A stretch of 64,000 nucleotides of DNA from Anolis carolinensis (Eukaryota), in NCBI RefSeq assembly GCF_035594765.1, contig NC_085846.1, forward strand, positions 11,519,190 through 11,583,189, written 5' to 3'. The stretch's first letter is position 1. Every line of letters begins with the position of its first letter. The translations under genes and the position numbers were made by a program. The notes below the pieces were generated by a model. It saw only the letters and a list, made by a program, of their open reading frames with translations, searched no databases and had not been told where the DNA came from. Of the stretch, positions 48,301 to 59,396 are shown piece after piece.

Positions 48301-48961
48301 TTCCAAACATATTAAACAGGCTGGGGGAAAGTTTGCGCCTCGGTATTTGGGTCCCTTTCCTATCGTTAAAAAGATTTCTTCTGTTGCGTTTCGTTTGCGT
48401 TTACCGTCTAGTTTAAAGGTCCATCCAGTCTTTCATCGTTCGCTGTTGAAACTTGATACCTCTAGTCGTCGTGGTGCTATAGCAGAGGGTATCACTGCCA
48501 CTTCTCCGCCATCGGGGGAGGAGGCCTTTGTGAGAGGGGATAGTGTTATGATTGAGCCTCGTGGCTCTGTTACTGACAGGCGTGGGCGTAAGACTCCTCG
48601 AGAGTCAGATACTCTCGAGGAGCGAGAGAGAAAAAGACTGCGAGACATATTTGCAGCACCATCTGACGAGGAGTCTTTCGAAGGGTTTACGGAGAGAATG
48701 GAGGAGGAGCTGGTTAGCTCAGAGGAGGATGAGATGGATTGGACTCGGGTAAGGGAGGAAGTGGGTGCCACTGGCCATGATGGGACAGAAGATGAATGGG
48801 GACCTTCAGGATTAGACCCATGGTTTAGCTGGAGGGATGGGACGGGATCCACAGCTGGAGATGCTGTTGGGCGTAGTCAGAGGTGTTCCAGCTCTGACGA
48901 GGAAAGTGATGAGGAAACGCCCGGGTTAAGGAGGACAGCTGACAGTGATGAAGATTTGTAA
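45338..48961 (+). CDS. pol: Pol (protease, RT, RNase H, integrase with GPF motif) with a C-terminal extension encoded by U3 of the 3' LTR
   Basis: LLDSGA, YLDD, DAS, HH...CAVC, MDFI...SDRA...QSER and YLGPF motifs; no stop until 48959-48961, inside the 3' LTR. Confidence 0.96.
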   Translation, partial: GKRPALVRRESNALGLLKQSTEGRKHVFVPITLSVGGRELVSTLALLDSGATVSYVDIEFAKKHGIPRVRKACDVWVEGADGRLLETGVVNHETSAVTWEVQGVTGTFVWDITSLPRYDVILGMDWLAVVNPQVDWATRKVILKRQDCCTLNVTHSDMEGVPAEYGEFSDVFCKREADKLPPHRPYDCAIKLAEGAKLPAGRLYALTVPERQALREFLDENLAKGFIRPSSSPTAAPVFFVAKKTGELRLVCDYRILNKYTIRDRYPLPLISELLSRVQGAKVFTKLDLRGAYNLIRIREGDEWKTAFNTCFGCHEFRVMPFGLCNAPAVFQRFMNDVFRDLIDQFLVIYLDDILIFSKDEKEHRQHVKQVLHRLRANGLFAKASKCVFHVPEVEFLGHVVSGRELKMDPHKVDAVNSWQELKTKKDVQRFLGFANYYREFIPNFAKLTVPLTQLLRKKQPFVWGREAHEAFLQLKSSFQSDNILTHPDVDKPFVVEADASSYALGAVLSQKDSSGTLRPCGFYSRQLTPFEQNYTIWEKELLAIKVAFEVWRHWLEGARHQIVVRSDHKNLEHLQTAKRLNQRQIRWALFFSRFNFKVQFVEGKANLRADALSRKPEFKTNEQVVCQTILPTASLCVVDNELGLHDQILEAQKDDVWTQEQLMLLSAGNRTILPHLQDQDGVLVRRGQVYVPVGTLRLEVIRAHHDEPMAGHFGRFKTVQLITRSYWWPKMRQDILRFCDSCAVCQQSKTPVGRPRGLLSSLPVPERPWQIISMDFISDLPKSGGYTCIWVVVDLFSKLAHFIPCSTIPAAPTLALLFTKHIYRLHGAPEVIISDRAPQFVSRFWKHFHECLGTKLNVSSAFHPQTDGQSERVNGLLEQYLRCFCLDQPTAWVKWLPVAEFAYNNAVHTSSQHTPFELTYGFHPRGGVAPSTNVVSSDPVYRSSEMAALHDVARRLLLEAKATQKTQADRHRQAGEELEEGDLVWLSSKHIKQAGGKFAPRYLGPFPIVKKISSVAFRLRLPSSLKVHPVFHRSLLKLDTSSRRGAIAEGITATSPPSGEEAFVRGDSVMIEPRGSVTDRRGRKTPRESDTLEERERKRLRDIFAAPSDEESFEGFTERMEEELVSSEEDEMDWTRVREEVGATGHDGTEDEWGPSGLDPWFSWRDGTGSTAGDAVGRSQRCSSSDEESDEETPGLRRTADSDEDL
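48532..48543 (+). promoter_or_regulatory. Polypurine tract
   Basis: GAGAGGGGA(TAG) immediately before the 3' LTR. Confidence 0.8.
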
Positions 48962-49697
48962 CTGGCATAAAATGGGGCTTGGGAGCAATTGCAAATTGCG
49001 TTGGGCAAGGTAATCTGGGCAAACGCTTGGGATCCGTGTGTGTGTGGGACGCTTCCCTGAAGACTTGTGTGCTTTCCTGTGCTGTGACGTAAGTTGATTG
49101 GAATCCAGGGTCAGACGGCGGGAGGGATTGTGTGGGCATTTGTTTGTGCAAACCTGTGCTTACTCTTATTAGCTTGACCCTCCGTCGTCTTCTTGACGGA
49201 CGCCATCTCCTGCTTTGAGAACTCGGACTGAACTGACCACGGCTTGTCTTCCCCCCTTCTTGGACTTGGAAAAACTACAAACGTCTGCTTCTGGCTTTGA
49301 TCTACGGAACGGAACTGGTCTACTCAACTGCTACAATCCTTGGCTGATTTACTCGTGTTGGAGATCCTGTCTGCTGTGTGTGTGTGTGTGGGAGCGACGC
49401 AAGTTACTCTAAGCACAGTGTTGGCAGCAGAGAGGAATCTGCTGCCAATTAGTTGCATTCTTTGTATCTTTTGTTCCTTGGCTTTCGTTTCGTTTATACC
49501 CAGGCTGAAGCAAGCAGTTTGTTTTTACCCGGATTAAACTCCGGTTTAATCCGGTTTATCTTTTGAACATTTACTTTTGCCCCTTTTTGCTCCTAAAGGC
49601 AAAAACTGCCTGGCCCTTGTGTTTTACGGGCATTTTTTGAGTTCTGTAATCTAATAAACTCTGTTACTTTGAATCTTGTGGCGTTCTGTCCTTGACA
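48544..49697 (+). repeat. 3' LTR
   Basis: Same length as the 5' LTR; no difference found by eye, and ORF-track translations of both copies are identical. Confidence 0.97.
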
Positions 49698-49907
49698 AGA
49701 CTAGACAAGTTTAAAAAGAGTTTAAAAGTTTTTTTAACTATTAAATAATTACAGTGTTCCATGACTGAAGGGTTCCACGACTGAAAAGGTTTGGGAACCT
49801 CTGCAGCTCATAGTGTGAAGACAACATATGTGTTATATGAAAGCAAGAAAGCACATCATGTTTCAAAGAGAGAGTGTCTCCAACCTGACTTCTATTCCTT
49901 CTCCTAG

Positions 49908-50060
49908 AATCCTCCATGCGCAGTATGGAAAAGCAAACAAAGGCCCTCACCAATTATCTCTGGAGCCGCAAGCGCCCCATGGAGACAGTGGACCTGCGCA
50001 AGAAAGCAGAGCAGATGGAGCAGAAGCTACGGCAGGAGATGGCCCATATCCATCGGAAGG
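49908..50060 (+). CDS. METTL17: METTL17 exon 3
   Basis: SMEKQTKALTNYLWSRKRPME; AG/GT bounded and phases consistent. Confidence 0.93.
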
Positions 50061-50995
50061 GTAAGTGTGTTTGTGGGGCAACTGGAGAGGGGACCCTTTT
50101 TGCCACAACAGTTAAAAGAGGATTTGTTTCAAAGGGGAGTTAAAGTGGTGTAGCCAGAGCAAGGTTGGGAGTCATGATCACTTCATTGTAGACTTACCAG
50201 CATCCCCATAGCCAATGACAGAGAATTCTGGGATTTGCAATAATTGCATGATTTTTGACCACTGGGTTAGAGAAGTGTTTCTTAATGTTTTTCCACTTGT
50301 GACCCCTTTCTGCCTGAAACATTTTTACATGAGCCCAGAGATATAGGTATATAAAATAGATTTAACAACTAAACATTTACTGATGATCAACCCTTGCAAG
50401 GCTTGCTAAACAAGCTGATTTTCCTTTTTGTGGAGTAGAGCTGCAGCATTTTCTACAGAGTCAACTATAAACACTGCTTGCTGCTAAAAGATTTGCATAA
50501 ATGTCTAGGTGGTGCTGAGTAACCTTTACTGTTGCCAAATTTTTCACAACCCCAACATTGAGCTAAAAGGACCCCCTTTGTTGTTGGGACCCACAGTTTA
50601 AGAAGCGGTGAGTTAGAGCACTGGATTAGAATCAATCTGGGTTTAAATCCCACACTCAGCAATGAAGCTCTTACTTCATAACTGAGCTGATCATATTCTG
50701 TAAGCATGTAAATTCTGTAAATTATAGGGGTGGCTGTAATTGTACAATGAGAGTTATAGTACGTGCGAAACATGCCTTCCTTGCAGGAGAAAGGAATAAG
50801 GTGTGGCAGATAAAAATGTATAATGGTTTTAAACATTTTTAATAGTGCTGTGTTTAATTCTATTTTAGTGTTTATATGCTTTAAGTTTTTAATTGAACTG
50901 TATATTGTTCTTTGCATTGTTAGCCACTTTGAGTTTGTTTTAAGAGAGAAAAAGCAGGATATAAATATCACCATCATTTTTTGTCTCTTTGTCAG

Positions 50996-51092
50996 ACGCA
51001 TTGGACTCATCAAGTGAAGTTGATGAGAAAAAGTTGCAGAAAAAGGTCATGAATATCATCCGTAAAACAACTTACCACTGGGAGGCATTGGA
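50996..51092 (+). CDS. METTL17: METTL17 exon 4
   Basis: IIRKTTYHWEAL; AG/GT bounded. Confidence 0.93.
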
Positions 51093-51787
51093 GTAAGTGC
51101 CCTGTTCTTTTTAAAAAATGCCTGATTCCCAGGGAAGATTTGCTTCACATATAGCAGGTGCTCACTCAGCTCATTAAATGCAGATTAGTCTGCAAAGTCT
51201 TTCATTTTATGTAAAACATCTATGTGTGTATATCATGTAACCCATTTCATAGTAGAATATGTTGCCTAGGAGACTGGTGGACTTTCCTTCTCTGGGGATG
51301 TTTAAAGAGAGACTAGATGGCCAACTGTCAGGAAGGCTTTGATTGTGGGCCATCCAGTCCAACCTCCTGCCATTCAGGAAAAGCACAAACTACCCCTGAG
51401 AGATGGCCATCCAGCCTTTATTTAAAAGCCTCCAAAAAAGGAGCTTCCACTACACTCCAGGGGATTGAGTTCCACTGCTGAACAACTCTTATAGTCAAGA
51501 AGTTCTTCCTAATGTTTAGGTAGAATCTTCTTTCCTGTAATTTGAAGCCATTGCTCCCAGTCCTAGTTTCAAGGGCAGCAGAAAACAAGCCTGCATCTAC
51601 CAAGGTTGTAACCCTATCAAAAAAAAAAAGATAAGATAGATTGATTCTGCCCCTTATAACACAACTAGCATGTATTCATCAATTGGGAGACTTTTTTCTA
51701 GTCTTTTATGATATGGCGTATTCCAGGCTTTGCTACCACACACAAACAGATCCCTGCAACTGACTGCCTCTACTTTGTCCTTCCAAG

Positions 51788-51869
51788 CTACACGGAAGAG
51801 CTCAGCTTTCTGTACATGGCAGCTCGGATGGATGGGATGTTTGCTGCAGTGTACCGGGCTTTACATGAG
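51788..51869 (+). CDS. METTL17: METTL17 exon 5
   Basis: [27 protein letters not shown]. Confidence 0.95.
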
Positions 51870-53217
51870 GTGAGTTGCTGTTTTAGTGTGGTGCTTATAA
51901 GAAGTATTTTTAAAGCAAAAGCATGGATTATCCAGGCCTGTGCCTGTATGGTGTTTAAATATAGGAGTGCATACTAAAACACAAGAGATTCTAGACATAA
52001 AGAAAAATGTCCTGGTGGTAAGAGCTGTTGAATTGTGGAATAAGCTGCTTCAAAAGTGTGGCGGAGACTCAGTTCTTGGAAATTTTTAAACAGGCTGGAT
52101 TACCATCTGTTGAGACTGCTTTGGTTGTGTATTCCTGCATGCAAGGGGTTAGACTGGATGTTGGGGATTTTCTAATGCTATGACTCTATACCTCATACTA
52201 TACCATGGTTTTCTTGGCAGCCTTTTGGCAAGAAGTAAGATTTTGGCATCAATGTTTTGTTTTCCAAATGTTCAAACTGCTTAGCAATATTATCTCAACA
52301 GTCTTTACTACAATCTTATCTCTAGACCAGTATTATTATAAGTGTTAATATCAATTCCATTGGACCTGTGCTGCAGTGGGATTTATACTTGCTGTTGCAC
52401 CATTGTAAATGGGCTGTCAGATTTTGCGAACCTATGGCAGAGAATTCTCAGTATCCTAGATATTGATATAATACTGCAGATTACACCATTGATAAAAGTT
52501 TACAGTCCATCAATACGTGGATGACAGCAGGGTTATATGTTATATGTTATTGTCATAGCCTCATCTTTAGAAGGATATGCAGTTTTAGATGAGAAGAAGA
52601 ACCTGCTTCTTATAAGGTAATAAATAATAATAATAATACTTTATTTTTCTACCCTGCCACCATCTCCCGGCAGGGACTCGGGGCGGCTACACGGGCCAGA
52701 AGCCCGAAATACAAAACAATAAATCAGTTAAAACACATTAAAATACAAAGACAGTAAAAACCAGCAGTTATACAAACAGTTACCTTAACCAAAACAATAC
52801 AGTAAATCATAAAAACTCAATTAATATATAAATCAGTTAAAAATAAAAACAGTTAAAATAAAGTAAGATAAAATGGACCACCAGGTTGGTGGAGGGCCAA
52901 GCATGATGGGGCTACCTAAACTAAAGTGCAGTGGCATAGTTCTAAAGTGCTTTGCGTCAAAGGACAAAGTGTCCTTAGACCCAGGGCCTAAGGGGAGGGA
53001 GACGGCCAGCCAATTTGTTGTGAGAAAAGGGACCTGTGCGAACAAAGGTGTTATTGATCTGACTTTTAGACAAGGGGACTCAGTTATTCAAGGTACCCTG
53101 TATGTCAGTTTTTATGTGATCTGGTTCCTTATGAACTTGAGCCACTAAATGCTTGACATCAGTCATGTCACCCCAGAAGCTGACACCAGGCTGTCTTCTC
53201 TATTTTGACCCCTCCAG

Positions 53218-53291
53218 ATCCAGAAGAGAGTCCCAGATTTTCAGCCCCGCACCCTGTTGGATTTTGGCTCTGGGACCGGCACTGTCAGCTG
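53218..53291 (+). CDS. METTL17: METTL17 exon 6 (SAM-binding motif I)
   Basis: FQPRTLLDFGSGTGTVSW. Confidence 0.95.
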
Positions 53292-53477
53292 GTGAGAAAT
53301 AGTGTGATACTAATGTGACATTGATTCTGCAGCGGTGAGAAAACACTTATTTGGGATAAGCAGGGAGGGAGGGAGAAAGAAATAACTGGGACACCCAGCA
53401 ATTCCGCTATGCCAGATGCAGTAGGTAGATCTGTAACCTGTCCTCTTCCTTTACTCCTCCCACTTCCTTCACTGCAG

Positions 53478-53572
53478 GGCGGCTCATAGCATTTGGGGTG
53501 AGACGATTAAGGAATACATGAACATCGACAGCTCAGCTGCCATGTTGGATTTGGCTGAGAAGCTAATGAAAG
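53478..53572 (+). CDS. METTL17: METTL17 exon 7
   Basis: [31 protein letters not shown]. Confidence 0.95.
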
Positions 53573-54124
53573 GTGAGAGCTAGAGCTATGGATTGGGCAT
53601 GCCAAACCTTTGACTTCTCAGCTTTCTTACTCTTCCAGCTCTAAGTGCTTCATAAATGTCAGGTGTGTTTTAATTAATAATAACAAATGTGCTGCAGTAA
53701 ATAATAGCACAAAGCGATATATTGCTTTCAGGTGAATCATAAGGCTACTTAGGTTGATATAACAGAAAATATATTTTACACTAAAATTTCTGAACAAGAA
53801 CATTTATTAAATTCCTATAAAGTGTGCAACAAGTCAGACAGTTGAAGTTATTTTGAAGTTATATTTTTGTACATTTCTACCCATGCTCACTTTACCCAAA
53901 ATTGCTTTTGGCTCAATGCCCTGAGCTCCACAGACCTAATGAGAATAGTACACTGCATAGTGGGGAAGTAGGCAATGTGTAGGCCTTCCTTCCCCAAAAC
54001 ACATATTTTTAAGAAGCCACCTTGAAGCTCCAGTTTGATCAAGATTGTCCATTTTATTCAAATTCTCACAAGCCATTTCTTTCTTCTCTACATTTGTGCC
54101 TCTTTTGTTTTTCTCCTTTCCCAG

Positions 54125-54195
54125 GTTTGTCCGAGAACCAGGACCCCTTATTCCCCGGGGTCTATTTCCGGCAGTTCCTCCCTGTTTCGCCAAAG
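54125..54195 (+). CDS. METTL17: METTL17 exon 8
   Basis: PGVYFRQFLPVSPK. Confidence 0.95.
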
Positions 54196-55434
54196 GTAAA
54201 AATGACAGTTCTTCAATGGCAGTTCTGTTTAGAAGAGCCTGGGGTCCCAAAAGGCCTTGTTAGCCATGATTCAAGCAACTGAGATGCCAGTGGTTAATTG
54301 TACCGGAGATTGGAATAGCAGCCTTTCTCCTAATGTGTTTTTATGGAGCTCCACAGGGTTATTTCAATTCACATAGCTGAACTCCACATTGTGTTGCATC
54401 CCAAGTCCCTTCATGGCTAAAGGTGGTCCACACTTAGGGTGTTCATAAAAGTAATTCTTTACGTACTTGCATCAACAAATGTAACAATGGTGACAGACCC
54501 CCATTGTCACAGTTATGTTTCATGATGCCACTGCCACAAAGCATTACTTTTTAAAGCCAGGCCATGGCCCAACCAAAGGGCACCTCTTATTGGAGAAATT
54601 ATATCTGCAGCACTCTCCTGGTCATGGGTTGCATGAAGAAGAGGTAGCTGGAGAGACCTCTCAGGTGCCTGCTGCACAGCTTCTGTCAACATGCCCATGA
54701 CTGATAGAGCACTAGAGACCTCAATTCCCAATCTTCCCAGAAGCCCAATCTTCAGCCTTTGGTTGGGTGCAATTAGGCCGAAGAGTTTTATGGGTTCACT
54801 TTAGGTCATTAATGAACACAGGAATCCCTAGCGGTTTTGAGACTGTAATTCTCACTTACGATCCCGAAACTACTGAATAGGGTGCCAAACAATGCCATAT
54901 TTCTTCAGTTGTAAGATGCCATCTATTGTAAGACCTACCCTGATTTCAGTACCAATAACAACAAAGATACATAAAATGCATGTTTGATTCTAAGATACAC
55001 CCTTTTTTTAGAGATGTTTATATAGAAAAAATGTGTCTTAGAACAGAAGAAATACAGGATTTTAACATATGTGTAAAAGTATTCTGGTTTTGATGAGGTG
55101 TAGGTGATGTGGGGATTTGGGCACAACAATAAATATTATTTTCACAAATATAAGTGTTTGTTCCTTTTTTTTGAGGGTTATATACATGGGCCTCTTTCTC
55201 TACCCCCCCACCCCCACCCCTATCAGATCCTTACAACAATCCTATGAAGTAAGATGTTCTGAGAGAGTGGAATTTCCTATGATCAGAACTTGGTCTTTCC
55301 AGTGTGAGGTCAAAAGTCTCAGATTTTAGTTCCCCGCAAATATTTGCCAGGCCTCATATTTGGTCTTAAAGGATCCCATGATTTTGAATTTAAAACCTTG
55401 TGGCTCCATGAATGTTTTTTCTGTTCCACTGCAG

Positions 55435-55542
55435 GTGAAATTTGATCTTGTGGTATCTGCTTATTCTCTTAATGAACTTCGTAGTTATTCTGAGAGAGTG
55501 GAGACAGTGCAGACTCTCTGGAGAAAGACCGATGGCTTTCTC
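55435..55542 (+). CDS. METTL17: METTL17 exon 9
   Basis: [15 protein letters not shown]...VQTLWRKT. Confidence 0.95.
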
Positions 55543-55969
55543 GTAAGTGATGTATCTACCCTGTTTTGGTGATAAGCTATTTCTTTCCCCACCACTACTT
55601 CACTGCCAGGTTCTTGGGATCCAAAGCAAGGATTTGCTTTTCTTGTGACTTAGTCCCTTCATTTCCTAATGACCATGGTCCACATTACTTGGTGCCAGGA
55701 CTGCAGATAAGTAATGAAGCAACTACATATTGCTTCCTGGTTCACACCTTCCTTCATGCTATCTGTTTCCCCTTTGTTGGGTACTAGACGTTAAGGTTCT
55801 TCTGGCTGGATCTTCCTATATTCCATAAACACTATGCAGATAGTGCTGTAGTAATAATAATCATAGTCAATTCTTCTTGGAATTCCCATGCTTCCAAAGC
55901 TCCCTTTCTTTCGTAAGAAGTAACTTCTCAGGCGCCACATATTGTTCATTCCTTGTCTATCTTTCCTAG

Positions 55970-56038
55970 GTTCTGGTAGAAAACGGTACCAAGGAAGGTC
56001 ATCAAATACTCATGGAGGCCCGAGATGTTGTACTAAAA
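55970..56038 (+). CDS. METTL17: METTL17 exon 10
   Basis: VLVENGTKEGHQILMEARDVVLK. Confidence 0.95.
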
Positions 56039-56565
56039 GTGAGATACCTAGATGTAGTTGTGCCTTGCTGAAATCAATATATATGGTGTATAAAATTATG
56101 ATAGCAGTAAAAATGAATGCATAAAATCCTGAGTTTCATAAATATTTGTTTAGAAAGGCAGGATAAGTAAATTTCCCAATAGGTGACATTTTACCCCAAA
56201 GTCTACTTCTCATTGTAACTTCTCTAAACATTTAAATTGCACAAGTTATTAGAAAAACCTTTAATTGAAAAGGGAGAAATTTCTTCTCTCACACCCTAAC
56301 TGGGATAAGAGAGCTCTTTTTTCTCCATCTTCATATAGGTAAGGGTGGTGTGGGGAGGAATAAGCTTTCTGTGCAACTGTCCTAATTAAAGAACCAATAG
56401 ACTTTTTTATTTTCAGTTCCTCATTCCCTTCTTATACATTGCAGAATCTTGCCCAAAGGTCTCTGTGTGGATGGGAGAGTGTGTGGGTGGATAGTAAAAT
56501 TCTGGAAAAAAAATGTGGCGGGCTGTTGTAATGACTTGTATTTTTCTGTTTTTCATCTTGTGCAG

Positions 56566-56616
56566 GGCACAGACAAAGTGGTTCATGATCCTCGAGAACC
56601 ACATGTTTTTGCTCCG
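56566..56616 (+). CDS. METTL17: METTL17 exon 11
   Basis: GTDKVVHDPREPHVFAP. Confidence 0.92.
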
Positions 56617-57062
56617 GTAAGAACTGCAAAAAAGCCAGAAATGGATTAAGGGCAGGATTAAGTTTTATTTATGTCCAACTGGCAGTCCACTCATAATCAA
56701 GTCATTGGCCAATGTGTAAACATGTTACTAGTCACTACTTTTTAGTGCTTCCATGGTTTATAATCCTGATTTTTGGTCAGAACGTTGCTTATAATAGGAT
56801 CTTGAGAAATTCTGGAATTGTTAAATTAAAGATGTATTCTAGCACAGAACTTTGTTTATTGGACAATATTTGTTGGGTGTGAACCCATGCCAATTTGTTT
56901 TCAATTTAATAATGACTTGGGAAAAAAAGTAATGCAGAGACTTACGATTGCATGGTGTGTATGGTAGATGAGAGTTCTTTTTTCTGAAGAGAGCTTTGTC
57001 CTAAGGATCCGGAGGTTCTCACTACATTGTTATGCTGACATTGTATTTCATTGTTTCTTTAG

Positions 57063-57155
57063 TGTCCACACCATTTGCCTTGCCCTCTTTTGTCCTCTGA
57101 CCGTGTTCTGCCATGTAACTTCACCCAGAGATATTATGCATTGCCTTTCAGTTGG
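57063..57155 (+). CDS. METTL17: METTL17 exon 12 (Fe-S cluster cysteines)
   Basis: CPHHLPCP...PCNFTQRYYALPFSW. Confidence 0.95.
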
Positions 57156-57434
57156 GTAAGTGTCCTGCTTGGCTTTGAAAAGAGCTTGAATTACTTTGGA
57201 GGTTAAATAAGATCTCTGTGTGTTCAGGTTAGGCAGCTTTGAGAGTATAGTGGTTGAGAGCAGGAGATGTATAGACGCTGTGCAGGATTAGGCAAGTGAG
57301 TCTCCCTTCTTTGGCTTCTTTGTTGTGTTAAAAAGTCATACGAAAGCGTAAAGAAGGCTTAGTATCAGTCACAAAAATACTTTGTCCTAAATTCATGTGC
57401 GAGTCCCATCTTCACTGATTCAGTGGGAGTTTTA

Positions 57435-57910
57435 TATTTATTTATTTTATTTTATTTCAAACATTTATATCCCGCCCTTCTCACCCGAAGGGACTCAGGG
57501 CGGCTTACAACAAATGGCATCAATTCAATGCCTACACATAATTAAATTCACCACAGTACATAAAATCAGTTAAAACTATTAAATACAATATTAAAAAATT
57601 AAAACATATGGTCAGATCCAATCGTCCAAGAAACCTCATGCTTTATCCATAAGTCGGTCCGTGTCGTTTTTGTCATTTATTCATTAAAAGCCTGAGCACA
57701 TAACCATGTTTTTAGGGCTCCTCTGAAGCTTGTCGAATATCTCTGAGGAGGGTGTTCCACAGCCGGAGAACCACCACCGAGAAGGCCCTGTCCCTCGTTC
57801 CCACAAGCCGCGCTTGCGAGGCAGGTGGGACCGAGAGCAGGGCCTCACCAGATGACCTTACTGGCTCATAGGAGGAGATACGTTCGGACAAGTAGATTGG
57901 GCCAGAACCA
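57435..57910 (-). mobile_element. LINE 3' end (L2-like) with a (tttta)n tail
   Basis: Reverse complement resembles the L2 3' part at 42360-42620. The tail motif ccgcccttctcacccgaagggactcagggcggcttaca is shared with about 13190, 18800, 27630 and 43290. Confidence 0.65.
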
Positions 57911-58823
57911 TATAAATGTTGATTAAGTTCCCATTGATTCCACAGGTCTGTTTTAGTTAGATATAGACCTCAATATTACATGTTAAAATATGAAGGATCA
58001 TTACTAATTATCTTTGCATTTATATTTTACTCTGAGCTTGAATGGCTTTTACAAAAGTTTACATATCAGCTAAAATGACAAGTCAGGCTGATTTACAACA
58101 TGCATCTAAAAAAGCACAGCAGAAAATGGAAATCAGACGGGGAAGAGAAAGGAAAACAAGAAAACAGATGCACGTGTTCTAAGTGTTTTATGACTCAGTC
58201 AAGTGAAAGGACTGTGGGACGACATTTGTAGAGGGGCAAAGCCTGACATAGTGGCTTGTTTCTCTTTTAAGGTCCGATGATAATTTTTTTTCTCTCCTCC
58301 AAAAACTGTATTTTTCTATTCTTGTCTACCTAAGTGGGTCCAGAGTCATTGGACAACATGCTGGACGGCCCAAAGTCATTTATGATTTAAAAGATTAGAA
58401 AGCAGAGACTTCCAGTTTGTGTGACCATGTTCCTTAGCTGCTCCACTAAGAGATAGATGCTGAATGTGGTATCATTAATAAATAACATGCCAGCAACTTG
58501 CTACTAATCACCTTTCCAGCCCCACATTTCTTATCTAGGACACAAACTCAAGGCCCATAGATTGAATCCTACCTGCCATGTCATTTTAGGCGGCTCTCCA
58601 GATGATGGACTCCAACTCCTGTATTCCTCATCATTAGACATCATGACTAGAGCTGATGGAGTTCTGATACAGTAACATCTGGAAAGCTGCTGTTCGTTCT
58701 GTTTAGTGAGGATAGTGGGGCTTGAATTTAGATACAAGGCTTATGAATATGACGTTAGAAAACATGACAGTACTTTTGATAAATCTGATTTTCTTTCTTT
58801 CTCCCTCCTATGTGTTTTCCTAG

Positions 58824-59008
58824 AACCCAGCACAGAAGGAGGAGAGATTTTCTTTCCTAATCCTGCGCCGTGGAGCAGGGGAGACAGAAGAGCCCTGGCC
58901 TCGGATCACCCAACCTGTCCTTTGCCGGCCTCGCCACATCCATGTCCGCCTGTGCTGTCCTGATGGCACTCTACAACATGCAGTTGTCACTGCTCAGAAA
59001 CATGGCAG
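58824..59008 (+). CDS. METTL17: METTL17 exon 13
   Basis: [24 protein letters not shown]. Confidence 0.95.
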
Positions 59009-59278
59009 GTATGGAACTCTTCCATTCAAAGGGTTGGCAGAGTGAGGAGAGGCATTGATTCTGGGCCAGAGATGGGGCACTTTTGGTTCTCCAGCTCTTT
59101 TGGACTTCATTTCCCAGGTGATGGAGTCAGCAATAAGGGATTGAGAGAAAGGCAGTCCAAAACACCTGAAATGGCCAAAGATCCCCATCCCTTCTCCTCA
59201 CTGGTTGCGTCATTCGGAATAATGACTAATTCTACGAATGGAATGTGAGAATCTTCATCTTGTCACCCTTTTGTTCAG

Positions 59279-59396
59279 GGATCTTTACCGTTGTGCCCGG
59301 AATAGTCAGTGTGGAGACCGCCTCCCTGTTTTGAACCCAGATGGTGAACAAGTACTAGAAGAAGAGAGAATCTCTGAGGACAAGGGTCAAAGTTGA
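59279..59396 (+). CDS. METTL17: METTL17 exon 14 (last coding exon); spliced CDS is 1428 nt, 475 aa
   Basis: DLYRCARNSQCGDRLPV...TGA; candidate AATAAA signals at about 59656-59670 and 59850. Confidence 0.93.

Larger units (their letters stand above)
43347..49697 (+). mobile_element. Full-length Ty3/Gypsy LTR retrotransposon (Tf1/sushi-like) in METTL17 intron 2
   Basis: Two 1154-bp TG...CA LTRs, TSD AGACT (43342-43346 and 49698-49702), intact gag and pol in the order PR-RT-RH-IN. Confidence 0.98.

Noticed and set aside
50465-51013. 182-aa minus-strand ORF in METTL17 intron 3
   Set aside because: Runs through AT-rich repeat remnants; no recognisable domain.
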